Part shown: positions 33,733 through 33,806 of the stretch, in pieces
How the letters are laid out: each line of letters begins with the position of its first letter
Numbering within the stretch: the first letter of the stretch is position 1
NCBI RefSeq assembly: GCF_000143415.4
Contig: NW_003314293.1
Coordinates: 1,806,774-1,840,579, forward strand
Length of the DNA: 33,806 nucleotides
DNA from: Selaginella moellendorffii
Lineage: Eukaryota > Plantae > Lycopodiophyta
Direction: 5' to 3'
Program-made: the position numbers and the translations under genes
Notes under the pieces: generated by a model
What the model was told of the DNA's origin: nothing
Databases searched by the model: none
Seen by the model: only the letters and a program-made list of their open reading frames with translations

Positions 33733-33806
33733 AGGGGGGCGGGGGGGGGGGGAGTGTCGCAAATGTGACTTTAAGTATTGAAAATACTTGTGGCCAGTCC
33801 TACAGA
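33733..33806 (+). mobile_element. Polypurine tract and start of element D 3' LTR (TG at 33755)
   Basis: AGGGGGGCGGGGGGGGGGGGAG immediately followed by TGTCGC, about 600 bp after the chromodomain stop. Confidence 0.75.

Overview
Eukaryotic, almost certainly non-seed land-plant DNA. The ~50-90-nt introns, PLS-type PPR remnant and Tcn1-like chromoviruses suggest a lycophyte such as Selaginella, but this is inference. A small host-gene island (~5.5-9.4 kb) holds one intact six-exon secreted alpha-carbonic anhydrase (minus strand), a PPR pseudogene, a D-arm-deleted tRNA-Pro and a DUF4460/TCAIM-like pseudogene. The rest is a nest of Ty3/gypsy LTR retrotransposons. A non-chromovirus element A (with an extra 3' ORF) is split by full-length chromovirus B (13335-25702, TSD CCTAT). 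B's 3' LTR is split by element C (14366-19262). A third B-type LTR and a related chromovirus D follow on the plus strand. The most striking observation is that the integrase of element B is interrupted by two host-sized GT-AG introns (47 and 52 nt) whose removal exactly restores conserved motifs (YHPQxDGQTE and KLxxRFxGPY). The related element D lacks both introns. B also carries an internal inversion with a 44-bp fold-back palindrome.
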